The position numbers were made by a program, and so were the translations under genes. From positions 1,892,061 through 1,924,060 of the forward strand of contig NZ_CM001976.1 in the NCBI RefSeq assembly GCF_000406145.1: DNA of 32,000 bases, given 5' to 3'. Source of the DNA: Dickeya dadantii NCPPB 898. Lineage in GTDB: Bacteria; Pseudomonadota; Gammaproteobacteria; Enterobacterales; Enterobacteriaceae. Every line of letters starts with the position of its first letter. Positions within the stretch are counted from its first letter, which is position 1. The notes beneath the pieces were generated by a model. The model made no database searches. It was given only the letters and a program-made list of their open reading frames with translations, and was not told the origin of the DNA. Below, in pieces: positions 9,820-19,770 of the stretch.

Positions 9820-9854
9820 CTTGTAAACCAATTGAACATCAATTTGGTTGACAG
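9820..9854. promoter_or_regulatory. bioO: bio operator (BirA binding palindrome) with face-to-face bioA/bioB promoters
   Basis: cTTGTAAACCAATTGAacaTCAATTTGGTTGACAg is an imperfect 35-bp palindrome, close to the E. coli bioO half-site TTGTAAACC. TTGACA (9848-9853), a 16-nt spacer and TACACT (9870-9875) fit a bioB promoter. Confidence 0.85.
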
Positions 9855-9899
9855 TATACCCACATAAACTACACTGGCGATACTTTTTTACCCGGAGCA

Positions 9900-10943
9900 A
9901 TGATGATGACCGAACGCGTAAACTGGACACTGGAACAGGCGCAGGCCCTGTTCGATAAACCGTTTCTGGAACTGATGTTTGAAGCGCAACAGGTGCACCG
10001 TCAGCACTTTGATCCCCGTCAGGTGCAGGTCAGCACGCTGTTATCCATCAAAACCGGCGCCTGCCCGGAAGACTGCAAATACTGCCCGCAAAGCGCCCGT
10101 TACCGCACCGGCATTGAAACCGAACGGCTGATGCAGGTCGAGCAGGTGTTGGATTCCGCCCGCCAGGCCAAAGCGGCCGGCTCTACCCGTTTCTGCATGG
10201 GGGCGGCGTGGAAAAACCCCCATGAACGCGATATGCCGTATCTGGAATCGATGGTGCGCGGCGTAAAAGAGATGGGTATGGAAACCTGCATGACGCTGGG
10301 TACGCTGCATGGCGATCAGGCTGAACGGCTGGCGGCGGCCGGGCTCGATTTCTACAACCACAATCTGGACACCTCGCCGGAGTTTTACGGCAATATCATC
10401 ACCACCCGTACTTATCAGGAACGGCTGGATACGCTGGGCAAAGTACGCGGGGCTGGCATCAAAGTGTGCTCCGGCGGCATCGTCGGCCTGGGGGAAACGG
10501 TGCGTGACCGCGCCGGGTTGCTGGTGCAACTGGCGAATCTGCCGACGCCGCCGGAAAGCGTGCCGATCAACATGCTGGTGAAAGTGAAGGGGACGCCGCT
10601 GGCGGAAACCGAGGATGTGGACCCGTTCGATTTTATCCGTACCATCGCCGTGGCGCGTATCATGATGCCGGCTTCCTACGTGAGGCTGTCGGCCGGGCGC
10701 GAGCAGATGAGCGAGCAGACGCAGGCGATGTGTTTCATGGCCGGCGCCAATTCGATCTTCTACGGCTGCAAGCTGTTGACCACGCCGAACCCGAAAGAAG
10801 ACAAGGACTTGCAGCTATTTCGCAAACTGGGGCTTAACCCGCAGCAGACCCAGACCGAATACGGCGACAACCAGCAACAGCAGCATCTGGCTGAACGACT
10901 GCTGCACGCCGACACCGAGCATTACTACAACGCGGCGGTGTAA
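9900..10943 (+). CDS. bioB: Biotin synthase (radical SAM)
   Basis: Near-identical blocks to E. coli BioB ([39 protein letters not shown]). Three consecutive ATGs lie at 9900, 9903 and 9906. GGAG at 9894-9897 favours the 2nd or 3rd, so the start is uncertain by 3-6 nt. Confidence 0.95.
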   Translation: MMMTERVNWTLEQAQALFDKPFLELMFEAQQVHRQHFDPRQVQVSTLLSIKTGACPEDCKYCPQSARYRTGIETERLMQVEQVLDSARQAKAAGSTRFCMGAAWKNPHERDMPYLESMVRGVKEMGMETCMTLGTLHGDQAERLAAAGLDFYNHNLDTSPEFYGNIITTRTYQERLDTLGKVRGAGIKVCSGGIVGLGETVRDRAGLLVQLANLPTPPESVPINMLVKVKGTPLAETEDVDPFDFIRTIAVARIMMPASYVRLSAGREQMSEQTQAMCFMAGANSIFYGCKLLTTPNPKEDKDLQLFRKLGLNPQQTQTEYGDNQQQQHLAERLLHADTEHYYNAAV

Positions 10944-12098
10944 ATGGGCTGGCAACAACGGATCGATCAGGCGCTGGCGCAACGGCAGGCGGAAGACGCC
11001 TACCGGGTGCGCTTATCTAATGACGGCGGCAGCGGGCGCTGGCTGGTGCGCCAGCCGCACCGTTACCTCAATTTCTCCTGTAATGACTACCTGGGGCTGA
11101 GCCAGCATCCGGCGATTGTGCGCGCCTGGCAGCAGGGTGCAGAGCGTTACGGCGTGGGCAGCGGCGGCTCCGGCCATGTAACCGGGTATACCACCGCGCA
11201 CGAGCAGTTGGAGCAGCAACTGGCGGACTGGCTGGGGTATGACCGGGCGCTGTTGATGATCTCCGGGTTCGCCGCCAATCAGGCGGTGGTGACGGCGCTA
11301 CTGACGGAGGGGGACCGTATTCTGGCGGATCGCCTCAGCCATGCTTCGCTACTGGAGGCGGCCAGCCTATCGCCCGCCACTTTACGCCGTTTTCACCATA
11401 ATCAGCCGGATTCGTTGCAGCAACTGCTGGAAAAACCGGCCGGCGGCCAGACGCTGGCGGTCACCGAAGGGGTGTTCAGTATGGATGGCGACACCGCACC
11501 GCTGGCGGCGTTGCACGCGCGCTGTCGCGATCACGGCGCCTGGCTGATGGTGGATGATGCCCACGGCATCGGCATCGTCGGGGAACAGGGGCGCGGTTGT
11601 TGCTGGCAGCAAGGGGTGAAACCCGAATTGCTGATTGTTACTTTCGGCAAAGCGTTCGGCGTTAGCGGGGCGGCGGTGTTGTGCAGCCAGCCGGTGGCGG
11701 AATACCTGTTGCAGTTCGCCCGTCACCTGATTTACAGCACCGCCATGCCGCCGGCGCAGGCGTGCGCGCTGGACGCGGCGCTGGCGGTCGTGCGCGGCGC
11801 CGATGGCGAGGCCAGGCGCGATGCGCTGGCGCAGTTGGTCCGCCGCTTCCGCGACGGCGCAGCCGGGTTGCCGTTTCGTCTGTTGGCGTCGGCGAGCGCG
11901 ATCCAACCGCTGATTGTCGGCGATAACGCCTGGGCGCTGGCATTGGCGCAGCAACTGCGCACGCAAGGGCTGTGGGTGAACGCGATACGGCCGCCCACCG
12001 TGCCGCCGGGCACCGCCCGTCTGCGCATTACCCTGACCGCCAGCCATCAGCCGGAGGATATCGACCGTCTGCTGGAGGTGTTGTATGACGCCGGTTAA
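10944..12098 (+). CDS. bioF: 8-amino-7-oxononanoate synthase (384 aa)
   Basis: Operon position (ATG directly follows the bioB TAA), same length as E. coli BioF, and the PLP-lysine context [11 protein letters not shown]. Confidence 0.95.
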   Translation: MGWQQRIDQALAQRQAEDAYRVRLSNDGGSGRWLVRQPHRYLNFSCNDYLGLSQHPAIVRAWQQGAERYGVGSGGSGHVTGYTTAHEQLEQQLADWLGYDRALLMISGFAANQAVVTALLTEGDRILADRLSHASLLEAASLSPATLRRFHHNQPDSLQQLLEKPAGGQTLAVTEGVFSMDGDTAPLAALHARCRDHGAWLMVDDAHGIGIVGEQGRGCCWQQGVKPELLIVTFGKAFGVSGAAVLCSQPVAEYLLQFARHLIYSTAMPPAQACALDAALAVVRGADGEARRDALAQLVRRFRDGAAGLPFRLLASASAIQPLIVGDNAWALALAQQLRTQGLWVNAIRPPTVPPGTARLRITLTASHQPEDIDRLLEVLYDAG

Positions 12099-12867
12099 CC
12101 TGCCCTCCCTGTCGTCTCCTCCCCATAAACAGGCAATTGCCCGCGCCTTCGGCCGGGCGGCCGGGTATTACGACCGTTTTGCCGCCTTGCAGCGTGAGAG
12201 TGGAGAACAGTTGATGACGCTGGTCGGCAACCATGCCGGCAGCGAGGTGCTGGATGCCGGTTGCGGCACCGGCTATTTCAGCGCCCGCTGGCAAGCGAGC
12301 GGGAAGCAGGTGACGGCGCTGGATTTGTCGACGGAGATGCTGGCGATAGCGCGCCAGCGGCAGGCGGCGACGCGCTATCTACAGGGCGATATCGAACATC
12401 TGCCGTTAGCGGACGGCAGCGTGGATATCAGCTTCAGCAACATGGCGATGCAGTGGTGCGACGATTTTGACGCCGGGCTGGCTGAACTTTACCGGGTCAC
12501 CCGGCCGGGCGGGGCGATTGCCATCTGCACGCTGGCGGAAGGCACGCTGGCCGAGCTGGATACGGCCTGGCAGCGACTGGACGGTTCCCGGCGCATTAAC
12601 CGCTTTATGTCGTCGGAGGCGATCGTCTCCGCCTGCCGCCTTTACCACGCCGATGTCTCGCTGGCACCGGTGACCTGCTATTTCCCCGATGTGCTGACCC
12701 TGATGCGTTCGGTCAAGGGGGTGGGCGCCACCTGGCTGCGCAACGGCCGTGAACACGGCGGACTGAGCCGCCGACAACTGACGGCGCTGACCGCGCATTA
12801 TGACCATCATCCGCAGGGCTATCCCTTGACGTATCAACGTGTTTTTGGAGTGATTCACCGTGACTGA
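12085..12867 (+). CDS. bioC: Malonyl-ACP O-methyltransferase (260 aa)
   Basis: SAM-methyltransferase motif [11 protein letters not shown], operon position, GGAGG Shine-Dalgarno sequence, and a 14-nt overlap with bioF. Confidence 0.93.
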   Translation: MTPVNLPSLSSPPHKQAIARAFGRAAGYYDRFAALQRESGEQLMTLVGNHAGSEVLDAGCGTGYFSARWQASGKQVTALDLSTEMLAIARQRQAATRYLQGDIEHLPLADGSVDISFSNMAMQWCDDFDAGLAELYRVTRPGGAIAICTLAEGTLAELDTAWQRLDGSRRINRFMSSEAIVSACRLYHADVSLAPVTCYFPDVLTLMRSVKGVGATWLRNGREHGGLSRRQLTALTAHYDHHPQGYPLTYQRVFGVIHRD

Positions 12868-13540
12868 ACGCTGGTTTGTTACCGGAACCGACACTGAAGT
12901 CGGTAAGACAGTCGCCAGCGTGGCGCTGTTGCAGGCTGCCCGCCAGGCCGGATACCGTACCGCCGGGTATAAACCGGTGGCTTCCGGCTGCGAGGTGACG
13001 CCGCAAGGCATCCGCAACGGCGATGCCTTGCAGTTGCAGGCCAACAGCAGCGTGGCGCTGCCTTACGACGCGGTCAACCCGCTGGCGTTTCTGGAGCCGA
13101 CGTCGCCCCATATTGTCAGCGCCGTGGAAAAGCGGCCGATTGCATTCTCCACCCTCAGCGACGGTTTGCGCGCGCTGGAGCGGCAGGCGGACTGGGTGCT
13201 GGTAGAGGGCGCCGGCGGCTGGTTTACGCCGCTTTCCGAGCGGCATACCTTCGCCGACTGGGTGCGGGAAGAGACGCTGCCGGTGATTCTGGTGGTGGGG
13301 GTGAAGCTGGGGTGCATCAATCACGCCATGCTGACGGCACAGGCGGTGCGGCAAGCCGGTTTGCGGCTGGCGGGCTGGATCGCCAACGTTGTTCAGCCGC
13401 CTGACCGTCGCCATCAGGCTTACCTGCAAACGCTGCAAGAGCGGATTCCGGCGCCGATGCTGGGGGAAATCCCTTACTTATCCTTGCCAATTCAGCAGGA
13501 TATTGGCGATTACTTAAACATCACTTTACTGAGCGGTTAA
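12860..13540 (+). CDS. bioD: Dethiobiotin synthetase (226 aa)
   Basis: GTG start overlapping the bioC stop. FVTGTDTEVGKTVASVALLQAA, EGAGGW and VVGVKLGCINHAMLTAQ match E. coli BioD. Confidence 0.95.
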   Translation: MTERWFVTGTDTEVGKTVASVALLQAARQAGYRTAGYKPVASGCEVTPQGIRNGDALQLQANSSVALPYDAVNPLAFLEPTSPHIVSAVEKRPIAFSTLSDGLRALERQADWVLVEGAGGWFTPLSERHTFADWVREETLPVILVVGVKLGCINHAMLTAQAVRQAGLRLAGWIANVVQPPDRRHQAYLQTLQERIPAPMLGEIPYLSLPIQQDIGDYLNITLLSG

Positions 13541-13801
13541 TGATTTTGAGTAAATGTTGCATGAATCGCAGTTTTTTCCCTTCTTCTGATTGAAATTGAT
13601 AGAAAAAACCATCTTGAAAATGGGTGCTGAATCCACAGGGCCAGTGGTTTTTCCTCTTGCTAAGTCTGTGTCATTTAGCACTTTTTTTTATAATGATCGC
13701 CGGGTCAAACACGGAAATCTTGTTTAAAAGCGCCTTGCGCTGTCGTGGCGGGTAAAGACGGTGAAAGACGCCAATACAGGAGGCGCGGGCGCTTGTGGGA
13801 G

Positions 13802-13824
13802 TTATCCACCATTTCTGTGGATAA
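13802..13824. promoter_or_regulatory. Pair of inverted DnaA boxes
   Basis: TTATCCACC (13802-13810, 8/9 match) and TGTGGATAA (13816-13824, the perfect complement of TTATCCACA), 5 bp apart. A DnaA box upstream of uvrB (P3 region) is described for E. coli. Confidence 0.55.
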
Positions 13825-13843
13825 CTGTGTGTATTAGGGTTAG

Positions 13844-13872
13844 AAAAAACGCGCCAGCCAAGAGCCGGCGCG
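13844..13872 (-). terminator. Orphan Rho-independent terminator on the minus strand
   Basis: On the minus strand, CGCGCCGGC-tcttg-GCTGGCGCG followed by TTTTTT. No annotated minus-strand gene lies upstream of it. Confidence 0.6.
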
Positions 13873-14121
13873 GGTTGCGCCTGGTTTGATGCTAATCTCC
13901 GCTTTTTTATAAAATCATTTAAAATCAAATAATTAATTAAAAGCAAGTCACTTTTGTTGCAACGAGAGCCGTTTGAATAAATCACCGGCACTGGTCGTAG
14001 CAGATAATTTGAGAAACTGCATTTCTGGGGATAAATGCGTCATTTTTTACTGGATTAGCAACATCACTCTGTGCTAGTCAACCAGGACGCTATCGTTGTG
14101 CTGTCAATGGTTAAGAATTGC

Positions 14122-14149
14122 TTGATGCTGTTTTTATATCCAGTAATAT
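14122..14149 (+). promoter_or_regulatory. uvrB promoter with LexA (SOS) box filling the spacer
   Basis: TTGATG (14122-14127), a 16-nt spacer, then TAATAT (14144-14149). The spacer is CTGtttttatatcCAG (14128-14143), a CTG-N10-CAG SOS box very like the E. coli uvrB box. Confidence 0.8.
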
Positions 14150-14272
14150 GTAACTGGCAAATCTGACCGGGGATTTCATACTAGCTTGTGTCTCTCCCTG
14201 CCGACGACGCTGGCCTAACCCGCTGATGTCCGTTGCGTGATTCCAACCGTTTTTTATCCGAGTGTCTTATCC

Positions 14273-16285
14273 ATGAGTAAAGCGTTCAAACTGCATTCTG
14301 ATTTCAAACCCGCCGGCGATCAGCCCGAGGCGATACGCCGCCTGGAAGAAGGGCTGGAAGACGGGCTGGCGCATCAGACGCTATTGGGGGTCACGGGGTC
14401 CGGTAAAACGTTCACCATCGCCAATGTGATCGCCGACCTTAACCGGCCGACCATGGTGCTGGCGCCCAACAAGACGCTGGCGGCGCAGCTGTATGGCGAA
14501 ATGAAAGCGTTTTTTCCGGAGAATGCGGTGGAGTATTTCGTTTCTTACTACGACTACTACCAGCCCGAAGCCTATGTGCCGAGTTCGGACACCTTCATCG
14601 AGAAGGACGCCTCGGTCAACGAACACATCGAACAGATGCGGTTGTCCGCCACCAAGGCGCTGCTGGAACGGCGCGACGTGGTGGTGGTGGCGTCGGTGTC
14701 CGCCATTTACGGTCTGGGCGATCCGGACCTGTATCTGAAGATGATGCTGCATCTGACGCAGGGCATGTTGATCGACCAGCGCGCCATCCTGCGGCGGCTG
14801 GCGGAGTTGCAGTACGCCCGCAACGACCAGGCGTTTTCGCGCGGCACCTTTCGTGTGCGCGGCGAGATCATCGATATTTTTCCGGCGGAATCCGAAGACA
14901 TCGCCCTGCGGGTGGAGCTGTTCGACGAAGAAGTGGAACGGCTGTCGCTGTTCGACCCGCTCACCGGGCATATTGTGCAGACGGTGCCGCGCTACACCAT
15001 CTACCCCAAAACTCACTATGTCACGCCGCGCGAACGCATCCTGCAGGCGATGGAGGAGATCAAGGTCGAGCTGGCGGAGCGCCGTCAGGTGCTGCTGGCC
15101 AGCAATAAGTTGCTGGAGGAACAGCGGCTGGCGCAGCGCACCACCTTCGATCTGGAAATGATGAATGAGCTGGGTTACTGCTCCGGCATTGAAAACTACT
15201 CCCGCTTTCTGTCCGGCCGCGGGCCGGGCGAACCGCCGCCGACGCTGTTCGACTATCTGCCGGCCGACGGTCTGCTGGTGATCGACGAATCCCACGTCAC
15301 CATTCCGCAACTGGGCGGCATGTACCGCGGTGACCGCGCGCGCAAGGAAACGCTGGTGGAGTACGGCTTTCGTCTGCCGTCGGCGCTGGACAACCGGCCG
15401 ATGAAATTCGAGGAGTTCGAAGCGCTGGCGCCGCAGGCGATCTATGTATCGGCGACGCCGGGCAATTACGAACTGGAAAAATCCGGCGGCGAGGTGATCG
15501 ATCAGGTGGTGCGGCCGACCGGCCTGCTGGACCCGGAGCTGGAAGTGCGCCCGGTAACCACTCAGGTGGATGATTTGCTGTCGGAAATCCGCAAACGCGC
15601 CGTTATCAACGAGCGCGTGCTGGTCACCACCCTGACCAAGCGGATGGCGGAGGACCTGACCGAGTATCTGGAAGAGCACGGCGAGCGGGTGCGTTACCTG
15701 CACTCCGATATTGATACCGTGGAGCGGGTGGAGATCATCCGCGATTTGCGTCTGGGCGAGTTCGACGTACTGGTGGGCATCAACCTGCTGCGTGAAGGTC
15801 TGGACATGCCGGAAGTATCGCTGGTGGCGATTCTGGATGCCGACAAAGAGGGGTTCCTGCGTTCGGAACGCTCGCTGATTCAGACCATCGGCCGGGCGGC
15901 GCGTAACCTCAACGGCAAGGCGATTTTGTATGCCGACAAGATTACGCCGTCGATGGAGCGCGCCATGAATGAAACCCAGCGCCGCCGCGAGAAACAGCAG
16001 GCGTACAACGAGCAACACGGCATCGTGCCGCAGGGCCTCAATAAAAAGATTGGCGACATCCTGCAGATTGGTCAGTCGGCCAACGGCCGGGGTAAAGGGC
16101 GCGGCAAGAAAGCAGCCGAACCGGCAGCCCATTACCAACAACTGTCGCCGAAAGCGCTGGATCAAAAAATCCGCGAGCTGGAAAGTCAGATGCTGGCCCA
16201 TGCGCAGAATCTGGAATTCGAGGAAGCCGCTCGTCTGCGCGACGAGATTCACGCGCTGCGCGAACAGTTTATCGCCGCGTCCTGA
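14273..16285 (+). CDS. uvrB: Excinuclease ABC subunit B (670 aa)
   Basis: ORF 14237..16285 trimmed to ATG 14273 ([28 protein letters not shown], compare E. coli [28 protein letters not shown]). Near-identity continues throughout. Confidence 0.98.
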   Translation: MSKAFKLHSDFKPAGDQPEAIRRLEEGLEDGLAHQTLLGVTGSGKTFTIANVIADLNRPTMVLAPNKTLAAQLYGEMKAFFPENAVEYFVSYYDYYQPEAYVPSSDTFIEKDASVNEHIEQMRLSATKALLERRDVVVVASVSAIYGLGDPDLYLKMMLHLTQGMLIDQRAILRRLAELQYARNDQAFSRGTFRVRGEIIDIFPAESEDIALRVELFDEEVERLSLFDPLTGHIVQTVPRYTIYPKTHYVTPRERILQAMEEIKVELAERRQVLLASNKLLEEQRLAQRTTFDLEMMNELGYCSGIENYSRFLSGRGPGEPPPTLFDYLPADGLLVIDESHVTIPQLGGMYRGDRARKETLVEYGFRLPSALDNRPMKFEEFEALAPQAIYVSATPGNYELEKSGGEVIDQVVRPTGLLDPELEVRPVTTQVDDLLSEIRKRAVINERVLVTTLTKRMAEDLTEYLEEHGERVRYLHSDIDTVERVEIIRDLRLGEFDVLVGINLLREGLDMPEVSLVAILDADKEGFLRSERSLIQTIGRAARNLNGKAILYADKITPSMERAMNETQRRREKQQAYNEQHGIVPQGLNKKIGDILQIGQSANGRGKGRGKKAAEPAAHYQQLSPKALDQKIRELESQMLAHAQNLEFEEAARLRDEIHALREQFIAAS

Positions 16286-16325
16286 TGATTACCGGCGTTG
16301 CCGGCCGGCGGTATGGCGGTGCTGG

Positions 16326-16366
16326 GCGTATACACAGAGGCGGAGCCTATACACAGCCTATACACA
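16326..16366. repeat. 11-bp repeat gcctatacaca: perfect tandem x2 (16345-16366) plus a one-mismatch copy (16326-16336)
   Basis: Read directly. It lies between the uvrB stop and the Shine-Dalgarno sequence of the VOC gene. Confidence 0.9.
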
Positions 16367-16381
16367 TAGAGAGACTGAGTG

Positions 16382-16813
16382 ATGAAAAATCCGATTCCTG
16401 GCGTAGACGTGCTGTTCGTGGCTGGTTTTGGCCCGATAACGGTGTCCGTTGCGGCCAGCCAGACGTTCTATCAGACGATGTTGAACCTGCCGCTGAAACC
16501 GATGGCGGGTAATGAAGACTACCTCACCAGCGACGAGCTGGGCGGCGTGAAGCATTTCGCCCTATGGCCGCTGGCGCAGGCCAGCCAGTCCTGTTTCGGC
16601 AGTGATGACTGGCCGCCGGCGTACCCGACGCCGCAGGGCTGGATGGAACTGGAGGTGGCGGATATCGCCGCCGCCACAGAGGCGATCAAACAGCAAGGCT
16701 ATCCGCTGCTGGTGGATAATCGGCTGGAACCCTGGGGGCAGACGGTCACCCGTTTCCTCAGCCCGGAGGGCCTGCTGCTGGGCGTGACCCATACGCCGTG
16801 GCTCAGAGACTGA
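16382..16813 (+). CDS. VOC (glyoxalase/bleomycin-resistance/dioxygenase fold) family protein, 143 aa
   Basis: Clean ORF with AGAGAGA 7 nt before the ATG (an adjacent GTG at 16379 is possible). Size and sequence pattern (VDVLFVAGFG ... ELEVADIAAATEAIKQQGYPLL ... EPWGQTVTRFLSPEGLLLGV) fit a single-domain VOC protein. The family call rests on pattern recognition only. Confidence 0.7.
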   Translation: MKNPIPGVDVLFVAGFGPITVSVAASQTFYQTMLNLPLKPMAGNEDYLTSDELGGVKHFALWPLAQASQSCFGSDDWPPAYPTPQGWMELEVADIAAATEAIKQQGYPLLVDNRLEPWGQTVTRFLSPEGLLLGVTHTPWLRD

Positions 16814-16816
16814 ACC

Positions 16817-17737
16817 TCAGACAGGACAAAGCCCCAGCGACTGTGCCGCCTGTTCCAGCGCCGCGCGCAACAGCACGCGATCGTGGTGGTGCGGCACGTC
16901 CTGCGCTCCCAGCGGCTGTTGGATAATCAGGCGGTCGTCCACCCCGCGGGTGTCCGTTCGGGGTGCGACGACCACGGCGTCAATGATGCGCCGGTCAATT
17001 TTGCTCTCGATGAGCTGCAACTTCTGCGCCAGCGTCAGACGGGTGGCGATCTGACTTTGTTCATCCCCCAGATTCCCGATGTACACCACCGGCGCGCGGG
17101 CGTCATGCAGCGATTGCGCCAGATCGGCGAGCAGTAAAGGCGGCATCAGGCTGGTGAGAAAGCTGCCGGGGCCGATCAGGATCAGGTCCGCCTCGGCAAT
17201 GGCCGTCAGCGCTTCCTGTGTGGCGGGGGCGGCCGGGTAGAGCATCAGATCCTGCGGCAGGGTGGCGAGCTGGTCCACCGCCACTTCGCCGTACACTGGA
17301 TTGCCCAGTGTATCAATCGCCAGCAGGTCCACCGGTTGCTCCGACATCGGGATCAGCAGCGCGTCCACCTTGAGCAGGTTGCGTATCAGGTTGATGGCTT
17401 CCAGCGGACGCACGCTGAGGTGATCCATCGCCTTAAGCATCAGATTGCCGAGATTGTGACCGGACAGTTCGCCGTTGCCGCTGAAGCGGTATTCGAACAT
17501 CGCCGACGCCACGCTGGGGGCGGTGATCAACTGGTTCAGGCAGTTGCGGGTGTCGCCCCAGGCAATGCCGCCTTCCGAACGGCGAATGCGCCCGGTGGAG
17601 CCGCCATTGTCGGTCGTGGTGACGATGCCGGTCAGCCGCGATCCCAGAAAGGAGAGCGACGACATGACGCGCCCCAATCCGTGGCCGCCGCCCAGCGCCA
17701 CAACACGATCCAGCTCCGCCAATGTGCGATTCCCCAT
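16817..17737 (-). CDS. ybhK: YbhK/YvcK family (CofD-like, putative gluconeogenesis factor), 306 aa
   Basis: N-terminal [17 protein letters not shown] and [13 protein letters not shown] motifs. Length and position next to uvrB/moa match E. coli. Confidence 0.9.
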   Translation of the reverse strand: MGNRTLAELDRVVALGGGHGLGRVMSSLSFLGSRLTGIVTTTDNGGSTGRIRRSEGGIAWGDTRNCLNQLITAPSVASAMFEYRFSGNGELSGHNLGNLMLKAMDHLSVRPLEAINLIRNLLKVDALLIPMSEQPVDLLAIDTLGNPVYGEVAVDQLATLPQDLMLYPAAPATQEALTAIAEADLILIGPGSFLTSLMPPLLLADLAQSLHDARAPVVYIGNLGDEQSQIATRLTLAQKLQLIESKIDRRIIDAVVVAPRTDTRGVDDRLIIQQPLGAQDVPHHHDRVLLRAALEQAAQSLGLCPV

Positions 17738-18211
17738 AAATACCCTTATCTTTCGGTTATCTGCCGTAAAAAGTAGCGGATATATAGCACATCTTTCATT
17801 GAAGCAGCATCAGCGCCGACAGAAATTTTCAGCGCACCATCGCTGGATGGTTACAGGTCATACACTCTGTCGCGAAAAAGCGACGTTTGACGGTGCAGCA
17901 AATGCCTGTCGGCTAACCAGAAAGCGGGTAGCCGCAGAGGCGCTTTTCAGTGGAAATCAGTGAGTAACCGATAATCGTCAATAACAGGAAAGCAGATTTT
18001 TTAAAATATGATGGTCTTATAAAGAGTGTAATAAAGTATGCTGTTATATTTTTAAGGATATTTTTTATCTTTTTGTTTTTTAATTACATTTATATTTATT
18101 CTCTGCAGATTTGGCCGTGGTAAATAAAAAATACGCACAGATGAATCACACTGTTATGGTCTAAATAATACAGACTGTTTATGTCCATTTATTCCCGCCC
18201 ATTTTAAGATC

Positions 18212-18263
18212 CCTGCCGGTTGTATTCCGCCGCCGGCGTGAGTACGGCAGGCGCTGTTTTGTT
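18212..18263 (+). promoter_or_regulatory. Hairpin plus U-tract (terminator/attenuator-like) in the cioA upstream leader
   Basis: CCTGCCG (18212-18218) pairs with CGGCAGG (18245-18251), with an inner CGCC-gcc-GGCG stem. It is followed by cgCTGTTTTGTT, 90 nt upstream of the cioA ATG. Confidence 0.4.
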
Positions 18264-18353
18264 CGGCGCGCGTCGGCGATATTCCCCATCTCGGCCTGCG
18301 CCCGGCCGATAAGTAAATCGATAGCAGGGCTGTTTGCAGTCCAGAGGTAAGAC

Positions 18354-19769
18354 ATGTTCGGACTCGATGCATTTCATCTGGCAAGGATCCAGTTTGCGTT
18401 CACGGTATCCTTCCATATCATTTTTCCCGCCATCACCATCGGGCTGGCCAGTTTTCTGGCGGTGCTGGAAGGACTATGGCTAAAAACCAAAAACCGCGAC
18501 TACCGCGATCTCTATCATTTCTGGTCGAAAATCTTTGCCGTTAACTTTGGCATGGGCGTGGTGTCCGGCCTGGTGATGGCCTACCAGTTTGGCACCAACT
18601 GGAGCGGGTTTTCCCAGTTTGCCGGCAGTATCACCGGCCCGTTGCTGACCTATGAGGTGCTGACCGCCTTTTTTCTGGAGGCCGGTTTTCTCGGCGTCAT
18701 GCTGTTTGGCTGGCAGCGGGTCGGGCCGGGGTTGCACTTCTTCGCCACCTGCATGGTGGCGCTGGGCACCATCATTTCCACCTTCTGGATCCTCGCTTCC
18801 AACAGCTGGATGCAGACCCCGCAGGGCCACGAAATCCATAATGGCGTGGTGGTGCCGGTGGACTGGCTGGCAGTGATCTTCAACCCATCTTTCCCATACC
18901 GTCTGATGCACATGGCGACGGCGGCGTTTCTTGCCAGCGCTTTTTTTGTCGGCGCGTCCGCCGCCTGGCATCTGCTGCGCAACAACGACACGCCGGCGAT
19001 TCGCAAAATGCTGTCGATGGCGCTCTGGATGGCGTTAATCGTTGCGCCGGTTCAGGCGATGCTGGGAGACATGCACGGTCTGAATACGCTGAAATACCAG
19101 CCGGCCAAGATCGCGGCGATTGAAGGGCACTGGGATAACCCGCCCGGCGAGCCGACGCCGCTGATTTTGTTTGGCTGGCCGGATATGGAACAGGAAACCA
19201 CCCGCTATGCGTTGGAAATCCCTTATCTGGGCAGCCTGATCCTGACCCACCGCCTGGACCAGCAGGTGCCGGCATTGAAAAACTTCCCGAAAGAAGAGCG
19301 GCCTAATTCGACGGTGGTGTTCTGGTCGTTTCGTATCATGGTCGGGCTGGGAATGCTGATGATCCTGCTGGGCGTTATCGGTCTGTGGCTGCGCTGGCGC
19401 CGCCGGTTGTATCAGTCGCGGCCGTTTTTGTGGTTCACCCTGCTGATGGGACCGTCGGGGCTGATCGCCATTCTGGCGGGGTGGTTTACCACCGAGGTGG
19501 GGCGCCAGCCGTGGGTGGTTTACGGTTTACAGCGCACCCGCGACGCGGTATCGGCGCACGGCGATCTGCAAATGAGCATCAGTCTGCTGCTGTTTATCGC
19601 GGTGTATCTGTCGGTATTCGGCGTCGGTTATGTCTATCTGGTGCGGCTGATTAAGAAAGGACCGCAAGCGGGAGAAGGCGATGCCGTGCCTGGCGGCGGG
19701 CCGGGGCAGCAATCCACACCGGCGCGGCCGCTGTCCGCGGTAGCGGAAACGCTGGAAGAGGGGAAATAA
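18354..19769 (+). CDS. cioA: Cytochrome bd-type quinol oxidase subunit I, short Q-loop (CIO-type), 471 aa
   Basis: CydA family (FHIIFPAITIG, GWFTTEVGRQPWVVYG). At 471 aa versus about 520 aa for E. coli CydA/AppC, it has the short Q-loop typical of cyanide-insensitive oxidases. GAGG lies 6 nt before the ATG. Confidence 0.92.
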   Translation: MFGLDAFHLARIQFAFTVSFHIIFPAITIGLASFLAVLEGLWLKTKNRDYRDLYHFWSKIFAVNFGMGVVSGLVMAYQFGTNWSGFSQFAGSITGPLLTYEVLTAFFLEAGFLGVMLFGWQRVGPGLHFFATCMVALGTIISTFWILASNSWMQTPQGHEIHNGVVVPVDWLAVIFNPSFPYRLMHMATAAFLASAFFVGASAAWHLLRNNDTPAIRKMLSMALWMALIVAPVQAMLGDMHGLNTLKYQPAKIAAIEGHWDNPPGEPTPLILFGWPDMEQETTRYALEIPYLGSLILTHRLDQQVPALKNFPKEERPNSTVVFWSFRIMVGLGMLMILLGVIGLWLRWRRRLYQSRPFLWFTLLMGPSGLIAILAGWFTTEVGRQPWVVYGLQRTRDAVSAHGDLQMSISLLLFIAVYLSVFGVGYVYLVRLIKKGPQAGEGDAVPGGGPGQQSTPARPLSAVAETLEEGK

Positions 19770-19770
19770 C

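Noticed and set aside
13598-13660. bioD operon terminator (aaaaacca...tggttttt and ccac-agggcca-gtgg-ttttt)
   Set aside because: The stems are either AT-rich with a loop of about 33 nt or only 4 bp long. I could not support a confident terminator call.
13671-13991. 106-aa minus-strand ORF in the bioD-uvrB spacer
   Set aside because: It crosses the DnaA boxes and the intrinsic terminator stem-loop, lies in AT-rich DNA and has no Shine-Dalgarno sequence. It is more likely regulatory DNA.
14381-16252. 623-aa minus-strand ORF antisense to uvrB
   Set aside because: Same reasoning. uvrB is near-identical to the E. coli protein, and the antisense product is Q/R/H/L-rich with no motifs, no Shine-Dalgarno sequence and no independent promoter.
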